A stretch of DNA of 45,656 nucleotides from the NCBI GenBank assembly GCA_046597055.1, contig JBKJLC010000184.1, forward strand, positions 1 through 45,656, in the 5' to 3' direction. Shown piece by piece: positions 43,268 to 45,656 of the stretch. Numbering within the stretch: the stretch's first letter is position 1; each line of letters begins with the position of its first letter. This DNA is from Kofleriaceae bacterium. GTDB taxonomy: Bacteria > Myxococcota_A > Polyangia > Haliangiales > Haliangiaceae. The notes below the pieces were generated by a model. It worked only from the letters and a program-made list of their open reading frames with translations. It searched no databases and had not been told where the DNA came from. The translations under genes and the position numbers were made by a program.

Positions 43268-44809
43268 TCAGTAGTTCATCCACTCGACGCAGCAGTAGAC
43301 GTTGGCCTGCGCGTTGGCGAAGCGAGCTTCGACGCTCCGGCTGCTGCACCCGGTCGAGACGGCGAACATGCCGCTCTGGCCGCCGAACGGCGTCCCGTGC
43401 CACACGGCCGGGGCCTGCCCGACCGCGCCGACGAAGCAGGCCGCCTGCCGATACTGCTCGACCGTGCACAGCTTCGTGCGTGACGTGCCGAAGTTGAGGT
43501 TGAAGCACGCTTCCACCGCCGTGTCGTGATCCGCGGAGCCGCCCGCCCACACGCACAGCGTCGAGGTGCCGAGGTCGACGCGTGCCATGTTGGGCGGACA
43601 TTGCGCGACGCTCGATGGCCCAGCCGGCCCCATCGGCCCTTGCGTGCCGTTCGTGCCGTTGGTGCCCGCCGGCCCCATAGCGCCGGTGGCGCCCGTCAGG
43701 CCAGTCTGCCCGGTGGCGCCGACCGGGCCGGCCGGCCCCATCGCTCCGGTCGCTCCGGTCGGCCCGACGGACCCCGCCGGGCCGGTTGCACCGGTGAGCC
43801 CTCTGGCCCCGGGCGGACCGACCGCGCCCACAGCGCCGGCGGGACCCACGGGGCCGATGCTCCCAGCAGCGCCGGCGGGACCCACGGGACCGATGCTCCC
43901 AGCAGCGCCGGTTGGGCCAGCCGGGCCGACGGGCCCGATCGCGCCGGCAGTGCCGCTGGCCCCGGCGGGCCCCGCAGGACCGACCGCTCCGGTGGGACCG
44001 ACCGCACCCGACGCGCCAGCGGGACCGACCGGCCCGATCGCGCCAGCAGTGCCCGCGGCACCGACCGGACCGACCGGACCGATCGCGCCGGCCGGACCGA
44101 CCGGTCCCAGAGGACCCATGATTCCCATGAGGCCGGTGGCGCCCATCGGCCCCATCGGACCGACATTCCCGACGGGGCCCTGGAGGCCTGCCGGGCCCGT
44201 CGCGCCCGCAGGCCCCACCGCACCGGGCGGGCCCACGGGTCCCGCCACACCGGCCGGACCCGCGATGCCGGCCGGACCCGCGTTGCCCATGGGCCCCGCC
44301 GCGCCGGCGGGCCCTGCCGGCCCGACGAGCCCGGTCGGGTCGCCGACCCAGCGGCCCTGCGCGTCGATCACGAGCATGTTGCCGATGAAGACCCGGTCGG
44401 GATGGATGTCGCCGATCACGTCACCGGCCACCAGCGCGTAGGGCACGCTCACGAGCTCCTCGCGCGGGGTCATCTCGGGGTCGTCCGCGACGCGAATGCC
44501 CAGGTACCTCGGCGTCCCGTCCATCAGCGGAAGGCTGGTCGTCTGCCCGAGCTGGATGACGAAGTAGCCGTCGTCGAACGTGACCGTGTGCGTCTCGGTC
44601 CAGCGGGCGGTGCCACCAGATGGGACGTCGTAGAGCGTGAAGGCCATCGCCCGGTCGCCGGTCACCGGTTGCTCGCTCGCGTCGAAGAGACGCCCGGTCT
44701 GGGTCATCAGTGCCGGAACGTCACCTTGCCCTGCGCGCGTCGGCGACGGGGCGATGGTGAGCGCGAGGAGGGCGATCGCAGTCAGGAACAGTCGAAATTT
44801 CGCGGTCAT
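43268..44809 (-). CDS. Secreted collagen-like protein
   Basis: GAGGAG RBS, signal peptide, N-terminal beta domain (QTGRL...DGYF..QLG...SVPYAL), 80 consecutive Gly-X-Y triplets (43613-44332), Cys-rich C-terminal domain. Confidence 0.92.
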   Translation of the reverse strand: MTAKFRLFLTAIALLALTIAPSPTRAGQGDVPALMTQTGRLFDASEQPVTGDRAMAFTLYDVPSGGTARWTETHTVTFDDGYFVIQLGQTTSLPLMDGTPRYLGIRVADDPEMTPREELVSVPYALVAGDVIGDIHPDRVFIGNMLVIDAQGRWVGDPTGLVGPAGPAGAAGPMGNAGPAGIAGPAGVAGPVGPPGAVGPAGATGPAGLQGPVGNVGPMGPMGATGLMGIMGPLGPVGPAGAIGPVGPVGAAGTAGAIGPVGPAGASGAVGPTGAVGPAGPAGASGTAGAIGPVGPAGPTGAAGSIGPVGPAGAAGSIGPVGPAGAVGAVGPPGARGLTGATGPAGSVGPTGATGAMGPAGPVGATGQTGLTGATGAMGPAGTNGTNGTQGPMGPAGPSSVAQCPPNMARVDLGTSTLCVWAGGSADHDTAVEACFNLNFGTSRTKLCTVEQYRQAACFVGAVGQAPAVWHGTPFGGQSGMFAVSTGCSSRSVEARFANAQANVYCCVEWMNY

Positions 44810-44826
44810 GAACTTCTCCTCGACCA

Positions 44827-45123
44827 TCACGGTTGGGTCGCACCGGTCACGCCACCACGACGCTGGTACCCGGGCGATTCACTCGAGCCATCCCCGCTCC
44901 GCAGCGTGCCGTAGAGCGAGTAGCTGGGACTCTTCGCTCTCACCGCCCCGCTGACCGTCGCCAACCCCGGTCGACCGGCGGCCGCGGGTGCGTCCATCCC
45001 GGCATCCAGGGCGGGCAGCGGAGAATCGACCTCGTGGGCATCCGCGAGCCCACCATCGGCGAACCGGGGAGGCGTGTCGGCGCACGCCACGACGAACAGC
45101 AGAAGGGCAATCAGTGGCTTCAC
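44827..45123 (-). CDS. Small lipoprotein, probably co-transcribed with the collagen-like gene
   Basis: [14 protein letters not shown] lipobox; ends 18 nt before the collagen start. Confidence 0.75.
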   Translation of the reverse strand: MKPLIALLLFVVACADTPPRFADGGLADAHEVDSPLPALDAGMDAPAAAGRPGLATVSGAVRAKSPSYSLYGTLRSGDGSSESPGYQRRGGVTGATQP

Positions 45124-45274
45124 GACCAGATCGAGTACCGTCGCTCACGACGTGAGCAAAAAAAGACCCCGGCGCCTCCGGACGCGCTGGCGGTGCCCCC
45201 GCCCCGTCACGGCCGAGCCAGTCCTCCCCGTCACGCCGCGAGCGAGCTCGGTCAGGGCGCCCTGAACAGCTTGC

Positions 45275-45310
45275 CTGCCGCTGCCGCTGCCGCTGCCGCT
45301 GCCGTTGCCG
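45275..45310. repeat. (CTGCCG)n hexanucleotide tandem repeat
   Basis: Five perfect copies plus one TTGCCG copy, intergenic. Confidence 0.85.
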
Positions 45311-45493
45311 CCTCACGGACAGGGCGTCAGCAGTGTCGTCGGCCCATGGAGACAGAGAATCGCATGTCACCCCGGTAGCGACAGTCCGGCGATCGCGCGG
45401 GGCCGCGCCGGTCGTCACGGCGAGGCTGGCGCCGAAAACGAAGGCGGCCCGCTCGGTCGAGCGGGCCGTCGTGGCGCCGGGGCTCGGGCGCCG

Positions 45494-45532
45494 AAAAAGG
45501 CGAAAGCCGCTAGCTTGTGACTAGCGGCTTTC
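45494..45532 (-). terminator. rRNA operon terminator
   Basis: GAAAGCCGCTAG-loop-CTAGCGGCTTTC stem at 45502-45532, followed on the minus strand by GCCTTTTT, just 3' of 5S. Confidence 0.85.
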
Positions 45533-45536
45533 AAAA

Positions 45537-45654
<118 letters not shown>

Positions 45655-45656
45655 AA

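Noticed and set aside
43526..44914. Plus-strand repetitive ORFs opposite the collagen gene
   Set aside because: Antisense reflections of the Gly-X-Y codon periodicity; only the minus-strand frame has an RBS, signal peptide and globular domains.

Overview
High-GC bacterial chromosome segment; gene content (giant TPR proteins, STAS/zinc-ribbon proteins, nSTAND NTPase, collagen-like protein, many lipoproteins) suggests a myxobacterium, by inference only. The first ~19 kb (1596-19033) is a dense signalling locus: a single-domain response regulator, a PAS histidine kinase, two paralogous STAS-like/zinc-ribbon proteins, an orphan solute-binding protein, a secreted TPR protein, a HAMP-PP2C phosphatase, a stand-alone PAS/coiled-coil copy of the kinase input region, a 2167-aa TPR protein and an RsbW-like HATPase. 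Together they look like a partner-switching plus two-component system with unusual metal-binding and membrane-anchored parts. Downstream lie an ABC pair, two DUF4139-like genes (one bracketed by two ~160-bp MITE-like elements), an nSTAND1-TM-HEAT protein, queF with an upstream structured terminated RNA candidate, RHH and HARE-HTH regulators, an AarF/UbiB kinase, a GNAT, a PD-(D/E)XK Fe-S nuclease, a sulfatase-like lipoprotein, fdhD, an HD dNTPase-like gene, a decayed phoX/heme-lipoprotein locus, a collagen-like gene and a 5S rRNA with its terminator. REP-like palindromes sit between convergent genes, and many genes appear to be leaderless. All family calls come from reading motifs by eye; no database searches were run.
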